From assembly GCA_018396755.1 (NCBI GenBank), contig JAGTQM010000009.1, positions 6,775 through 70,774 on the forward strand: 64,000 nucleotides of DNA, given 5' to 3'. The notes under the pieces are model-generated. The model ran no database searches. It was given only the letters and a program-made list of their open reading frames with translations, and had not been told where the DNA came from. The position numbers and the translations under genes were made by a program. This stretch comes from Candidatus Bathyarchaeota archaeon. Lineage in GTDB: Archaea > Thermoproteota > CALKCG01 > B24. This document shows positions 35,722-47,414 of the stretch, in pieces (the stretch's first letter is position 1; each line of letters begins with the position of its first letter).

Positions 35722-37287
35722 ATGGATTACAGTAGAGCTAACTTGACACTGCTATCGTACAAATTCAGTTATAAAAGGTTAATAGATACCACTCCAATCT
35801 CTGATTTAGAAAGCTTGGGTGAGATAGAGGAAATAATAAGGCATATAGCAGCTTCTAAACCGGGCTTAAGTGTTGAAAAGGTTAAAGCTATGATAGAGGA
35901 GAAGAGGAAGAGCTACCATGGCTTACTGACGGATGAAGGCGCCGCCTATTTGGTAGCTCAGGATTTAGGTGTTGCAATTGATTATACTGGTGGGAGAAGC
36001 ATTAAGCTTGAAGATTTAGTATCTGGACTCAAAGATGTGTCTTTGGAAGCATCCATAGTGTATATAGGGGAGGTTAAGAAGTTTAAACGTAAACAGGGTG
36101 AGGGGAGGGTTTTAAGGCTTGTACTAGATGATGGGTCGAAGCAGATGAACTGCGTTCTCTGGGATGATAAGGTTGATGAGCTTCTATCCGCGAATCCTTC
36201 AATAGGTTGGAGAATTAAAATCCTTCATGGGTATACGAAGAGCGGGGTTGAAGGCGTTGAGCTACACGTTGGATCTAGAGGGGCGATTAAACTTGAGCCG
36301 GCTCTTAATGTTGAAGTACCTGTTAAGAAGATATCTAGCTTAACGGTAGATGACAGGATCTTTACCCTTGAAGTTTTCATTGTTTCTAAAGGAGAGTTGA
36401 AAACTTTCAAAGTGAATAAACGTGAAGGGAAAGTGCTGAGGGTTAATGTTAGAGATGATAGTGGTTTTCTCACTTTAGTACTGTGGAACGATGCCGCTAA
36501 TAAAATTGCCAACGTTGAAGATGGAAGTATGCTAAGGATTTTAGGGGGGAAGGTCAGGCTTAGAGCTACAGGCGGTTTAGAAATACATGTAAACAATCCA
36601 AGTATGATCGATATTCTACCGTTTAAGGCACGTTTAGAGGAAATGGTTTCCAAGATCGCAAGCCTAAAACCAGATGCTAAAGGGCTTACTTTACTTCTGA
36701 GAGCCTACTCGCAACCGTTTACAAGGATATTTAAAACGCCTAGTGGGGTTGAGGGGAGAGTTACATCTCTACTTGCCGGGGATGACACTGGCCTAATTTT
36801 AATAAATTTTTGGGGTAAAGCGTCATACTATGCTGAGGAAATAAAGGATAGGGATGTTTTTACAGTTAAAAATGCATATACACGCATGGGTTTAAGAGGG
36901 ATGGAGGTTCACATAGGTTCAGATGGTACTCTAGAGAAGAAAGCCGACCTTTCAGATTTTAAAGTTTTAGATCTTAAACGTAAAGTTAAAGATCTAAGTG
37001 ATGGGGATAGGTACGTAACTCTTGAGGGGATAATTCTAACATCTCCTGAGGCTAGAAACGTGAATACTGCCAAGGGAGAAGTTAAAGTAGCATCCTTCAC
37101 TCTTGGAGACGACACAGGTTCTATAAGGATCACCGTCTGGAGGGAACTTGCAGAAAAGTGTGAAAAACTTGAGGCTGGAGCTGTTGTTAGACTCACCCAT
37201 TTATACGTTAGACGCTGGTTTTCCGAAGAACTTGTAGCATCTACTACGAGATTTTCAGAACTGATTGTTATCGAAAATGCGGATTAA
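35722..37287 (+). CDS. rpa: replication protein A (multi-OB-fold)
   Basis: GLLTDEGAA..VA N-domain plus four DD(S/T)G/S...W OB repeats; true start may be near 35815. Confidence 0.8.
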   Translation: MDYSRANLTLLSYKFSYKRLIDTTPISDLESLGEIEEIIRHIAASKPGLSVEKVKAMIEEKRKSYHGLLTDEGAAYLVAQDLGVAIDYTGGRSIKLEDLVSGLKDVSLEASIVYIGEVKKFKRKQGEGRVLRLVLDDGSKQMNCVLWDDKVDELLSANPSIGWRIKILHGYTKSGVEGVELHVGSRGAIKLEPALNVEVPVKKISSLTVDDRIFTLEVFIVSKGELKTFKVNKREGKVLRVNVRDDSGFLTLVLWNDAANKIANVEDGSMLRILGGKVRLRATGGLEIHVNNPSMIDILPFKARLEEMVSKIASLKPDAKGLTLLLRAYSQPFTRIFKTPSGVEGRVTSLLAGDDTGLILINFWGKASYYAEEIKDRDVFTVKNAYTRMGLRGMEVHIGSDGTLEKKADLSDFKVLDLKRKVKDLSDGDRYVTLEGIILTSPEARNVNTAKGEVKVASFTLGDDTGSIRITVWRELAEKCEKLEAGAVVRLTHLYVRRWFSEELVASTTRFSELIVIENAD

Positions 37288-38603
37288 CTTGCATTAAAGC
37301 TTGACCTAATTCTATTCAACGCTTCTCTAAGTGTTAACGTTTCTTGAAGACCAGTAAACATATTTTTCAACGTTACTAAACCAGCTTCAGCCTCCTTCAA
37401 ACCCAACATCAACGCATACGGGTAATTCTTCCTACTCGCCGTTGAAAGGCCCTTGGAAAGACTTCTATCCATAACTTCTATTTCGACTGGAATTCCGTTA
37501 GCTCTAAGTTCAGTTGAAATTTTAAACCCGTAGGATAGAGGGACACCGTCAAGTATGTAGAGGTAAACCCGCCTATTAGGCGGCGGAGGTGGAGTTGCAT
37601 TGTTGACTCTCATTGCAAGAACCAGCCTATCAATACCCGCGGCGCAACCAGTGGCGGGCGTAGGTTCACCACCGTAGAGTTCGACTAGTTTATCGTATCT
37701 GCCTCCCCCTATTAAGGCTATATCGAGGTTTTCTACAAAGACTTCAAATATCATACCTGTGTAGTATTCCAATCCTCTTGCAAATCCGAGGTCGAGGATG
37801 TACTCTGGCTCGGGGTATATCTCTCTCATATAATCGAGAATTACTTCCAAGTTCTCTAGAGACCTTATAGAATGCTCACATGAGCCTACTATACTTTTAG
37901 CTTCAGCTAAAATACTCTTATAGTTTAAACCTTTAAGTTTAAATATTCCAGCGATTTTTGAAATTGAAGCTTCATCTAAGTTTGTAGCTTCAAGCTCTTT
38001 GATAGCTTCTACGTAGTTTTTCTTATCCGCTAGACTTAACACTCTATTCTGCACGTTCTCATCAACCCCCCAACTACTCATAAGACCGCGGAGCACGCCT
38101 ACGTCGCTAAGCTTGACTTGAAATTTTTCAAGTTTTAGCTTCTTCATAAGCTCTATTGAAATCGATAGTATTTCCATGTCAGCTTCAGGTTTAGATGAAC
38201 CGAGAAGTTCAAACCCACCCTGATAGAACCGTCTGTAACGTCCTCTTTGAGGCTCGTCGTACCTGTAGAAGTCCCAGATATATCCTAGTCTGAGTGGTTT
38301 TGGAGCGGTCTTAAGTTTTGATGTTACAAGCCTCACTATGGGTGCAGTACCTTCGGGTCTTAAAGCTAGGGTTCTACCGGCTAGATCTTTGAAAACATAC
38401 ATAGTTCTTCTAGTTTCTTCGCCTACTTTAGCAGCTAAAAGTTCGTAGTATTCAACAGTAGGAGTTTCAACCTCCTCATAACAGTAAAGCTTAAAGAGTT
38501 CTCGAATAGCTTCTTCAACAACTCTACGTTCATAGAGGTCTTTAGGCAGGTAATCTCGCATACCTCTGTATGGTTTAAGGAAGCTCTTGAGGTTCATTTC
38601 CAA
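37284..38603 (-). CDS. hisS: histidine--tRNA ligase
   Basis: RGMRD, LRPEGT, RYDEPQRGRYR, RGLEYYTG, GGGRYD. Confidence 0.95.
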   Translation of the reverse strand: MEMNLKSFLKPYRGMRDYLPKDLYERRVVEEAIRELFKLYCYEEVETPTVEYYELLAAKVGEETRRTMYVFKDLAGRTLALRPEGTAPIVRLVTSKLKTAPKPLRLGYIWDFYRYDEPQRGRYRRFYQGGFELLGSSKPEADMEILSISIELMKKLKLEKFQVKLSDVGVLRGLMSSWGVDENVQNRVLSLADKKNYVEAIKELEATNLDEASISKIAGIFKLKGLNYKSILAEAKSIVGSCEHSIRSLENLEVILDYMREIYPEPEYILDLGFARGLEYYTGMIFEVFVENLDIALIGGGRYDKLVELYGGEPTPATGCAAGIDRLVLAMRVNNATPPPPPNRRVYLYILDGVPLSYGFKISTELRANGIPVEIEVMDRSLSKGLSTASRKNYPYALMLGLKEAEAGLVTLKNMFTGLQETLTLREALNRIRSSFNAS

Positions 38604-38729
38604 ATATGAAGGAGATAAAATAAATATAAGGATTTAGCGTTTTCAGAGGGTTTTCCACGGCTACGTTCATCTAGTATGTGAAAACGTAAACGGTAAATCT
38701 CAGTAATTCCAACATATATTGGGGTCTAT

Positions 38730-39839
38730 GTGAATCTTAAAGTAGGCTCTTACACGGTGACAGTAAATGAAGAGTCTCTGAAGAGGTATTTGAAGTCTAA
38801 GTTTGGTGAAGGAGTTGAAATATTAGATGCTATAAAGCTAGGTGAGGGATTTCACAATGCTGGTTTCCTATTGAAGTTCAAACAAGATTCTAAGCTGAAA
38901 GCTCTAGTTATGAGGATTGTTAGAGGAGATACAGGTTGGGGACATGATTACTTGAGCGATAGGGCTTCTGTCCTACTCCTTCAACATATGCTTTATAATA
39001 CTGCTCCTAAGCAGACATGTATACCTTCAATTGACGTGGTTGCCGTTCTGAAAAACGGTTCACTAGCCTCTATAGGAGATGCTGTAGAGTTTATCCAGTT
39101 ATTAGAGCCTTTAACAGAAGAACATGGTAGACCGTATATAGAGTACCTGCTTGAGCTTAGCAGAAGGAAGGCCCTAACACGCGAAGATGAAGACATGTGC
39201 ATCAAATGCGTAGCATACCTGTCGACACTGCACTCGGAGAAGGCGGACAATAGGAACCTATATGTCAGACACATCAGAGACCTCATAGGTCATGGGGAAA
39301 TGCTCATGGGAGTTATAGACACGTATCAAGGTGATTTAGACTTTATATCCGACGAGGAAATATGTCGTATAGAAGTGGAAGCTGTTAAGTGGAGGAATCG
39401 TTTAAAGCGAAAGACCTATAGACTCTCTAGAATTCATGGGGATTTCCATCCGTTTGGAAATATAAGGTTTAAACCAGATGGATCAATTATAGCAGTAGAC
39501 CTATCGAGGGAAATGTATGGTGAACCTGCAGATGATGTAACTGCTCTAACGATAAACTACGTGTTTATAAGCATATGGCAACATGGTTTACTAGAAGACA
39601 GCTTCAGAAGGCTATTTAAACTATTCTATGAGGAGTACCTCAATAGGACTGGCGATGAAGATATTCTACGCGTTGTACAGCCATTTTACGCGTTCAGAGG
39701 CATGGTTGTAGTACATCCAATCTATTATCCAGAGATGGGGAAAGAGCAGAGGCGTATGCTTGTAAACTTCGTATTGAACGTTTTAGAGGATGATGAATTC
39801 AACCCTAACGATGTTGATAGGTATCTTAAACCTACCTGA
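38730..39839 (+). CDS. aminoglycoside phosphotransferase-like kinase
   Basis: LGEGFH, HGDFHPFGNI, DLSR, GEPADD. Confidence 0.7.
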   Translation: MNLKVGSYTVTVNEESLKRYLKSKFGEGVEILDAIKLGEGFHNAGFLLKFKQDSKLKALVMRIVRGDTGWGHDYLSDRASVLLLQHMLYNTAPKQTCIPSIDVVAVLKNGSLASIGDAVEFIQLLEPLTEEHGRPYIEYLLELSRRKALTREDEDMCIKCVAYLSTLHSEKADNRNLYVRHIRDLIGHGEMLMGVIDTYQGDLDFISDEEICRIEVEAVKWRNRLKRKTYRLSRIHGDFHPFGNIRFKPDGSIIAVDLSREMYGEPADDVTALTINYVFISIWQHGLLEDSFRRLFKLFYEEYLNRTGDEDILRVVQPFYAFRGMVVVHPIYYPEMGKEQRRMLVNFVLNVLEDDEFNPNDVDRYLKPT

Positions 39840-41115
39840 AGTTTGCCTTTAATGGATCCTGTTTAAGAATCTCCCTGAGTAGAATAGTGGCGTACCCACC
39901 TTGAGGAAGCATGAAGGAGAGGAAGGGCTTAGAAGATTGTTGAACGGTTAAATCGAGGTATCTAAACTTCATGAAAACCTCTCTAGGGGATGCTTTGCAA
40001 ACTACGTTAAGCTTATCTATTTTAAAATCTTCGGGTTTGACATCCTCCTCCACCATGACGTGTTTAATGATACGACCGGAATCACCCTTCAATTTTTCAA
40101 AGAGCCTGCCAACTCCTGGAGTTACCATGTACAGTATGGAGGAGCCTTCCCTGACCATGCCTTCATCTCTCACACCTCTTACAATATCGCCTTCAAGTAT
40201 TCTCGTCGGGTTTAGATCTGTCTCCACTAATCGTCGACTTAAAGCTAGATTGAAAAGATACGACTGGTAACCTGAAACATATAAAAGGCGTAAATTTGAT
40301 GGAAGTCTTCTAAGTATTTTTAGAGGAGCCCATCCCTCTAGAAGCCTCTTAATGATAAGCCTCTCGTAGAACAGAGCCTTTGGGAATTTTTCAAGAGCCT
40401 CTTGAAGACTACCTTCTTCGAATAAGACCCTAGCTTCATAGGACCGTGGAGACTCCCAAGGATATGGATGCCCTACTATCTCCCTCAACGCCTCATCCCA
40501 CAATCGTTTAACTATGAATCTGCCAACAACGTGGGTATTCGGCCTTCTAACTCCAAACCTCTGGTAACCATAAAAGCCAGGTATACCGGATAGTTCAGAT
40601 AATTCTCTTAAGGCATTTACGACTTTGTCGAGTTCTTCTCCACCTTTAAGAGAGACAGCTACTTTAAACTTGTTACCTACTAGACAGCCGGGTTTAAGCT
40701 TCTTATTTGAGAAGCCTATAAAACTTAGACTTAGCTTCTTATCTTTAACGTTTTCAATCAAAGTCTTCAGTTCCTCAACCGGGACTGTGATGTACTGGCG
40801 GGTGACGGCTACTGTATCTTTTAAACCGGCATAGCCTACAGCGTTTACAGGTACGTCTAATAGTTTCGCTGTTTTAGCGACAGCTGAAAAAGTATCCATG
40901 CATCGCTTCTCCATGAGGTATACGGCATATCCCTTATCAAGCCTGCTGTTAACGATTTTCAAGTCTATGACTTCTTCAACGTGGAAATCTTCAAAGCTCT
41001 CTTTAATTCTACCAATTACAGGCGGACTTTTAGTCACGTATACGAGCATGCCAAGCCTCTTATCCAGTTCAGGAGGCTCAATGAAGCCTGTTTTCAAATC
41101 CATTACTAACACCAA
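39832..41115 (-). CDS. truD: tRNA pseudouridine(13) synthase
   Basis: EDFHVEE, AGLKD, GNKF, GYQRFG, GGYAT. Confidence 0.9.
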   Translation of the reverse strand: MVLVMDLKTGFIEPPELDKRLGMLVYVTKSPPVIGRIKESFEDFHVEEVIDLKIVNSRLDKGYAVYLMEKRCMDTFSAVAKTAKLLDVPVNAVGYAGLKDTVAVTRQYITVPVEELKTLIENVKDKKLSLSFIGFSNKKLKPGCLVGNKFKVAVSLKGGEELDKVVNALRELSELSGIPGFYGYQRFGVRRPNTHVVGRFIVKRLWDEALREIVGHPYPWESPRSYEARVLFEEGSLQEALEKFPKALFYERLIIKRLLEGWAPLKILRRLPSNLRLLYVSGYQSYLFNLALSRRLVETDLNPTRILEGDIVRGVRDEGMVREGSSILYMVTPGVGRLFEKLKGDSGRIIKHVMVEEDVKPEDFKIDKLNVVCKASPREVFMKFRYLDLTVQQSSKPFLSFMLPQGGYATILLREILKQDPLKANFR

Positions 41116-42033
41116 TCACTTAAAGAATGGTTCACGAAGCTTTACAGCCTTTATGAAGAGTCTTGTAAGCTCTTCATCTGATGCATTGCGGCGCATAGGC
41201 GTCAATATGTCTATGTGATTGTCAGCCCTCAAGAGGCAGGGTTTAATAAAGCCGTCAGACGTTATCCGTATACGTGTACAGTTTGCACAAAACATGGAAT
41301 TGTGCATAGGCTTAACCACTTCAACTTCAACCCCGTTAGACATTACGTACCTTCGACGATTATGCAATCCTCTAACGTAGGTCCGTACGGCTTTACATTT
41401 AAGAGCCTCTTCTAAGTAAGATAGATCTACGTGGAAGTTTGCGTAAAAATGCTCATCCATATTTATAGGTTCAAGCTCTATTATTTGTAATATAGCTCCA
41501 ATTCTACCGGAGAATTCCATCATATCCCAAACTTCAACTTCATTAATGTTCTTCAGAAGAACCATGTTGAGTTTAACAGGGGTTAAACCGACGTCTAGAG
41601 CGGCTTCAACGCCATTAAGCACTTTCTCTAAGTAGTTGAAGCCTGTTACGTATTTAAAAACCTCGGGCTTGAGCGAGGGAAGGCTTACGTTAACCCTCAC
41701 TAAGCCGGCTTTTTTAAGCTGATCTGCAAGCTCGCTTAGGAAGAAGCCGTTTGTCGTAATGGCTAGGTCTTCTAAAGATCCAACGTGATTTATAGATGAA
41801 ACTACTTTGACTATATCTCTTCTAAGTAGGGGTTCTCCCCCTGTCAACTTAACTTTCCGTATACCTAAACTGTAGGCTATTCTAACGGTTCTAAATATCT
41901 CATCTACGTTCATCTCTCTTTCATATGGGTTAACTTCACCTTCTCCATGGCAGAAAAAGCAGTTGAAATTACACTTCTGAGTTAACGATATTCTAACACT
42001 GTCTATAATACGCCCGTAATTGTCTACAAGCAA
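41116..42033 (-). CDS. moaA: GTP 3',8-cyclase
   Basis: RISLTQKCNFNCFFCH, TGGEP, FCANCTRIRIT, KPCL. Confidence 0.92.
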   Translation of the reverse strand: MLVDNYGRIIDSVRISLTQKCNFNCFFCHGEGEVNPYEREMNVDEIFRTVRIAYSLGIRKVKLTGGEPLLRRDIVKVVSSINHVGSLEDLAITTNGFFLSELADQLKKAGLVRVNVSLPSLKPEVFKYVTGFNYLEKVLNGVEAALDVGLTPVKLNMVLLKNINEVEVWDMMEFSGRIGAILQIIELEPINMDEHFYANFHVDLSYLEEALKCKAVRTYVRGLHNRRRYVMSNGVEVEVVKPMHNSMFCANCTRIRITSDGFIKPCLLRADNHIDILTPMRRNASDEELTRLFIKAVKLREPFFK

Positions 42034-42182
42034 AGCAATGCCCCTTTTTTCCAGGTAGGAGAAGGAAAGCCCAATCTTAATAATGTTTCGCTACACATTA
42101 GAAATAATGATTTTCACTCATATACTATGGAATGGACGATGGATTACGTTTAAATATTGTGTTTGCAAGTTTCTAAAGCTTA

Positions 42183-42400
42183 ATACTCGACCCCAACAAT
42201 CCAAGGCCAAAATTTTATGGAAAGAAGCTAAGGAATGTTAGAGGACACTACTTCTAGCTTAGAAAGACTTTAGCATTGAAGGAAACATACAAAGCTATAA
42301 AGAAGATTGGAAGCAAGGGAAGGAGAATCACCAATGATATCCTTCATAAGATAGGCAGAGCAATAGTTGATGGAGCTTCAAAGACTGCGGTGGAACAGAT
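42183..42400 (+). pseudogene. TnpB fragment (IS200/605 relic)
   Basis: RPKFYGKKLRNVRGHY / AIKKIGSKGRRITNDILHKIGRAIV, with an internal stop and a frameshift. Confidence 0.6.
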
Positions 42401-42472
42401 AGTTATAAAATGTTAACTGTCCGACGACGGAAATGCTTAATCTAAGCCTTGTGAAACTCTAAGTAGAGAATC

Positions 42473-43645
42473 ATGGGTTTACAATGGAGCGGCGTGCTAG
42501 CCGCTTATGGGGAACTCGCCCTCAAGTCTAAACCCGTTAGAAGACGTTGGATTAGGATACTTGTTTCAAACATATCGCGTGGCTTGACTGAGGCGGGTAT
42601 TAAAGTACAAATTTGCCATAAGTGGTCTAGGATAGTTGTTAAAACGTCGGATGTGGAATCTAGTGTTAAAGTATTAAGCCAGGTTTTCGGTCTCACACAC
42701 ATAGCACCCTTCATATACGTAAGCCTTAACGACCTTGAAAACTACGTTGCTAGAGAAGCTGTAAACCTACTTGAAAATGCCGAGAGCTTCGCTGTGAGAG
42801 TTAAAAGGACTGGTGAACACGGTTTTACAAGTTTAGATCTCGAGAGGAGGCTTGGCGCTATTCTCAAAGAGAAGACTGGAGTTAAAGTTTCATTGGAGAA
42901 CCCAGGTAGAACGGTCTACGTAGAAGTTCACAATGATGAATGCTATATTTACACCCGCAGAATTGAGTGTTGCGGAGGGCTACCGCTTAGTAGCTCTGGA
43001 AGAGTTGTAGCGTTAATATCTACTGGCATAGATAGCCCGGTAGCGTCTTGGCTTATGATGAAGAGGGGGTGTTCGATAATCGTACTTCATGGACAGGTAA
43101 ACTTCGACAATCCGAATGCTTGCATTCATAAGCTTTTGGATATAGTTGAAGTATTGAAAGACTGGCATATAGGCTTGAAGATACCTGTGTACGTTTATAA
43201 GCATTGGGAGGCTTTAGCTGAGATAAGTAAACACGCTTCAAACTACACCTGTGTATTGTGTAAGAGGCTTATGCTTAGAGTGGCTGAGAGGCTTTCCCGT
43301 GAAATAGGAGCTAAAGTTGTAGTTACTGGGGAAAGCCTCGGACAGGTTGCTTCTCAAACACTCGACAACTTAAACGCTATAGATAATGCGGTTAACATCC
43401 CAGTGCTTAGACCTTTAATAGGTTTCAATAAAGAGGAGATTATAAACCTAGCTAGGAGAATAGGGACATATGAAATCAGCATCAGATTATACCCGGAGTA
43501 TTCACCAGAAACCGTATGCTGGGCTAAACCATCTAAACCAGCGACGAAGACGGATCTAGAGAAGGTTTTAAAGCTTGAAAGAGAGCTTCAAATAGACAAG
43601 CTCATAGATAGAGCGTATGAAACGATTATGGAGATACGACAGTAG
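42473..43645 (+). CDS. thiI: tRNA 4-thiouridine synthase (canonical-looking paralog 2)
   Basis: YGELALKS, THUMP FAVRVKR, STGIDSPVA, CVLCKR, GESLGQVASQT. Confidence 0.88.
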   Translation: MGLQWSGVLAAYGELALKSKPVRRRWIRILVSNISRGLTEAGIKVQICHKWSRIVVKTSDVESSVKVLSQVFGLTHIAPFIYVSLNDLENYVAREAVNLLENAESFAVRVKRTGEHGFTSLDLERRLGAILKEKTGVKVSLENPGRTVYVEVHNDECYIYTRRIECCGGLPLSSSGRVVALISTGIDSPVASWLMMKRGCSIIVLHGQVNFDNPNACIHKLLDIVEVLKDWHIGLKIPVYVYKHWEALAEISKHASNYTCVLCKRLMLRVAERLSREIGAKVVVTGESLGQVASQTLDNLNAIDNAVNIPVLRPLIGFNKEEIINLARRIGTYEISIRLYPEYSPETVCWAKPSKPATKTDLEKVLKLERELQIDKLIDRAYETIMEIRQ

Positions 43646-43756
43646 TTTTATACGTCTAAGAGTTCAATACTCTTCATTTGCGTGTGGCACGTAGACGAAG
43701 TTAAATATAAGAATTACAAGGTTGTTAATTACATAATATTCCGTAGACGGTGAATT

Positions 43757-44923
43757 TTGTTGAAGTATAGAAAGTTCGGTAGGCTGGATTGGAGGGTTTC
43801 CGCACTCGGTTTTGGCACTATGAGACTGCCCATACTTGACGCTAACGATCCTAGTAGGGTGGATGAATCTGAAGCCATAAGAATGATAAGATATGCTATA
43901 GATCATTGTGTGAATTATATTGATACCGCCTACGGCTACCATCGTGGAAACAGTGAGGTTATCGTTGGAAAAGCACTAAAGGAGGGTTACCGTGACAATG
44001 TTAGGGTTGCAACGAAAATGCCGATTTTCATGGTCAACAAGCGTGAGGAGTTGGATGAAATATTCAATGAGCAGTTAAGAAGGCTGCAACTTGAATGCAT
44101 CGATTTCTATCTTCTACATAATCTTAATAGAGATAGCTGGCAGAAAACCCTAGATTTGAACGTTCTCGACTGGGCTGAGCGGCAGATGGCTGAAGGTAAA
44201 ATCAAGTATCTCGGGTTTAGCTTCCACGATGAATTTGAAGTCTTTAAAGAGATAATTGATAACTATAGTGGATGGACATTCTGCTAAATCCAATATAACT
44301 ACATGGATACTGAGAGCAGTAGGCAAACACCTGGAACGACGGGGCTTAAGTACGCTGCTTCAAGAGGACTTGCGGTTGTAGTAATGGAACCGATAAAGGG
44401 CGGCTTACTTGCGGTTACGCCTCCAAAAGAAGTCCAAGCAATATGGGATGAGGCTGAAGTCAAAAGATCCCCGGCTGAGTGGGCGCTCCTCTGGGTTTGG
44501 AACCACCCAGAAGTTCCCGTTGTACTAAGCGGCATGAGAGCAATGGAGCAAGTTATAGAAAATGTCCAGATCGCAGACCGCTCAGAGCCGAATATACTTA
44601 CACCTAAGGATCTTGAAATAGTTGCAAGGGTTAGGGAGAAATATCTCCAACATGGCTTCATAGGGTGTACAGGATGCCAATACTGTATGCCATGCCCTCA
44701 GGGTGTTAGAATACCCGGTATCTTATCATTCTTTAATGAGGTGCTTAGAGCTAGTGATCCCCAGAGACGTAATGAGATCATAGAGAGGTATAATGCAACG
44801 ATTCCACAGGAGAATAGAGCTGAGGCATGCATTAGATGTGGTACATGTGAGGAAAAGTGCCCCCAAAATCTACCGATCCGAAGGCTTCTCTCAAACGCTC
44901 GATGGGCCTTAAGACCACCTTAG
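43757..44923 (+). pseudogene. aldo/keto reductase with C-terminal ferredoxin; in-frame TAA at 44285-44287
   Basis: FC*IQYNYMD where Q is expected; both ORF halves share one frame. Confidence 0.85.
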
Positions 44924-45029
44924 TAAACCTAGAGAGGATGAGCCATTTATCTAAGAAATGCAAATGTTTGAGGGGGGGAGTTAAATTTAAATGTGCTCTA
45001 GCTTCAAAGTTAAGCTTTAGGTGTGAAAA

Positions 45030-47026
45030 ATGTCAAGAGAGATTTTCGAGGAAAAATTTCCATGGTTGCTTGTAATAGTGACGGCGATCGTATTTACATT
45101 TGTAGGTAACATCTGGCTGGCTCTGCTACCGCATTTTAACCTTGTGGTCAACTACAACCTGGGCTATGTGGGTTGTGCTTTAAGTCTTTCTCCGCTTGGA
45201 TTTTTACCTTTTCTAATATTACTTCCTTTAAAGGTTAAATAAAGGTTAAACTCAACTCTAAGACGGTTACAGTTCTCTATACAATTGGCTTAACCACCGG
45301 ATTCTTCATGAACCTGTACTTTCCCTGGTATCAGCCTGGAGCAGAGTTTACAAGCCGATACATAAATCCAGAGAATAGCGTCAGATATATTCCAAGTTTC
45401 GTAGCGCCCCCAAGAGAAGTAGCTGAACATCTCTTATACGGGAACCCATACATCCCATGGGGTAATTGGCTAACCCCAATAGTGTTTTGGTGGATTTATC
45501 AAGTAGTCTTCAGCTTCTTTATGTTATCGACTGTCTCCATCTTTAGACAATTTTGGATAGATGTTGAGAAGATGCCGTTTCCACAGACTGCTATGGCTTA
45601 CGAGATTATACGTATGACCGTTGAAAGAGATAAGTACAAAAGGTTGAGTAGACCGTTCATCCTAGGTCTTATTCTTGGTTTGGTAATTCAAGTCCCAATA
45701 TTTATGGCTTTAACATTTCCATGGTTTCCAGACATATATGCTTGGCGTACTAATACCTGCGGGTTCGGATCGACCTGGGTAACGCCAGATTCACCATTAG
45801 CTACAGTAGTGGGATTTCAGCTTTTCAATAAGTGGCCTCCATTTGCAGCCGTATTCTACTTAGCACCTTTATCGGTATTGACCAGTTTTATGCTATGGTT
45901 TCTAGTATACCTAATAGTCTCTCAAGTAGCTTACTACATGGGCTACTATACAGGTATTCTCGATCTACCGGGGTGTGGGAGAAACTGGTGTGGAGTAAAT
46001 ATTCCAACAGCTGGCGACCCGTTTAAATGGGCGGCATTATCTAACATAGGTGGTCTCATAGGGTTGACACTCTTCTACATAATTTTAAACAGAAGATACA
46101 TATTCTCCACTATTAAAACGGCCTTCACTAAGGTTAAAGAAGTCGACGAATCTAAGGAGCCTATAAGCTATAGAGCAGCCTATCTGCTTTTTGCAACATC
46201 CTTCATCGCAATCACAGCGTTATATGTGACGCTAGGTATGAGTATAACAGTAGCGCTTCTCATGCCAATAATAGCTTTCATAGCTTGGATCGCAAGCCTC
46301 AGGATTTTCGGCTTGATAGGGTTTAATGCTGTTACGTATGGAGGCTACGGTACTGGCTTCATCTGGCTTATGTGGCCTGTTAGACCTGAACCTCCGACTT
46401 CAGAGTGGTTTTGGGCTATGCTTATGAATAGAACGTTTCTCACGGACGGTTTCGGCTATGGGTGGCCAGGTGTTATGACAGCTGCTTTTTCAGGATTTAA
46501 ATTGAGCAATCTTACTGGGACGAGCAATAAACTCATCTTTAAAACTCTAGTAGTATCATCTATTATTGCACCATTGATTGCAATCATAGCCATGATATGG
46601 CTTTGCTACAGCTTCGGAGGAATGAAGTTTGCAACCTTTATCACAGATGTAAATACGGACATAGTTGCGAGGTTTATAAACCCTGGAGCTCATGAAAATT
46701 GGCCTGCTGCCCAACCTTGGATAGTACACGCTATAGCAGGTATACTGATAGTAGGCGTATTAAGCTATCTGCATACAAGGTTTCTTTGGTTTCCAATGGG
46801 TCCAATAGGCTTCTTAATGGCTACAACAGGTCATACACTATTGGAGGGTGTATGGACTATGGGACTGGTAGCTTGGATAGCTAAAATCTTAACTTTGAGA
46901 ATAGGTGGGAGTAAAGCCTACGAAGAGTATGGGGTTCCACTTATGAGTGGAGTCATAGCTGGAACGATTGTAGCGATATTTATGGGAGGGCTGATAGGCG
47001 TTATAAGATTCTTCATACCGTTCTAA
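45030..47026 (+). pseudogene. large membrane transporter-like protein (OPT/DUF6785-like) frameshifted by an 11-bp duplication
   Basis: TAAAGGTTAAA twice at 45229-45250; removing one copy fuses the two ORFs; W..VEKMPFP motif. Confidence 0.75.
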
Positions 47027-47174
47027 AAATCCATCCTCTTTTTTCCTTGAAATGCCTCGCAGGAGAAGTGCTGCTTTTAGATTTATATGACTTAAAAATA
47101 GGTACATCGACGAATATTGGCTGATGATAAGGTTTTTATCTGACAATTTGTACATTCTACGTGTTAGAGATATT

Positions 47175-47414
47175 ATGTCTGATGAATCGGTTATAGGCAG
47201 AAGATATACGTTAGTAATACCCAAGGCTATTAGGGAAGAGTTGGCACTTAAGCAAGGGCAAAGGGTTTTGATTCGTGTTGAGGGCAAAAGAATAATCATT
47301 GAACCCTTACCGCTGGATCCCTATAAGGTAATGGAGGAGGTTGTGGGGGAACCTTACGAGGAGGAGGAAGAGGTTAAAGCTGAGGAGTGGCTGAAGAGTC
47401 GTGCCGATCGCTGA
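47175..47414 (+). CDS. AbrB/MazE-family antitoxin
   Basis: MSDESVIGRRYTLVIPKAIREEL..RIIIEP; ORF track starts at 47124. Confidence 0.85.
   Translation: MSDESVIGRRYTLVIPKAIREELALKQGQRVLIRVEGKRIIIEPLPLDPYKVMEEVVGEPYEEEEEVKAEEWLKSRADR

Noticed and set aside
44285-44287. Possible stop-codon reassignment or readthrough
   Set aside because: TAA terminates many genes here normally; I saw no in-frame TAG/TGA pattern suggesting Pyl or Sec.
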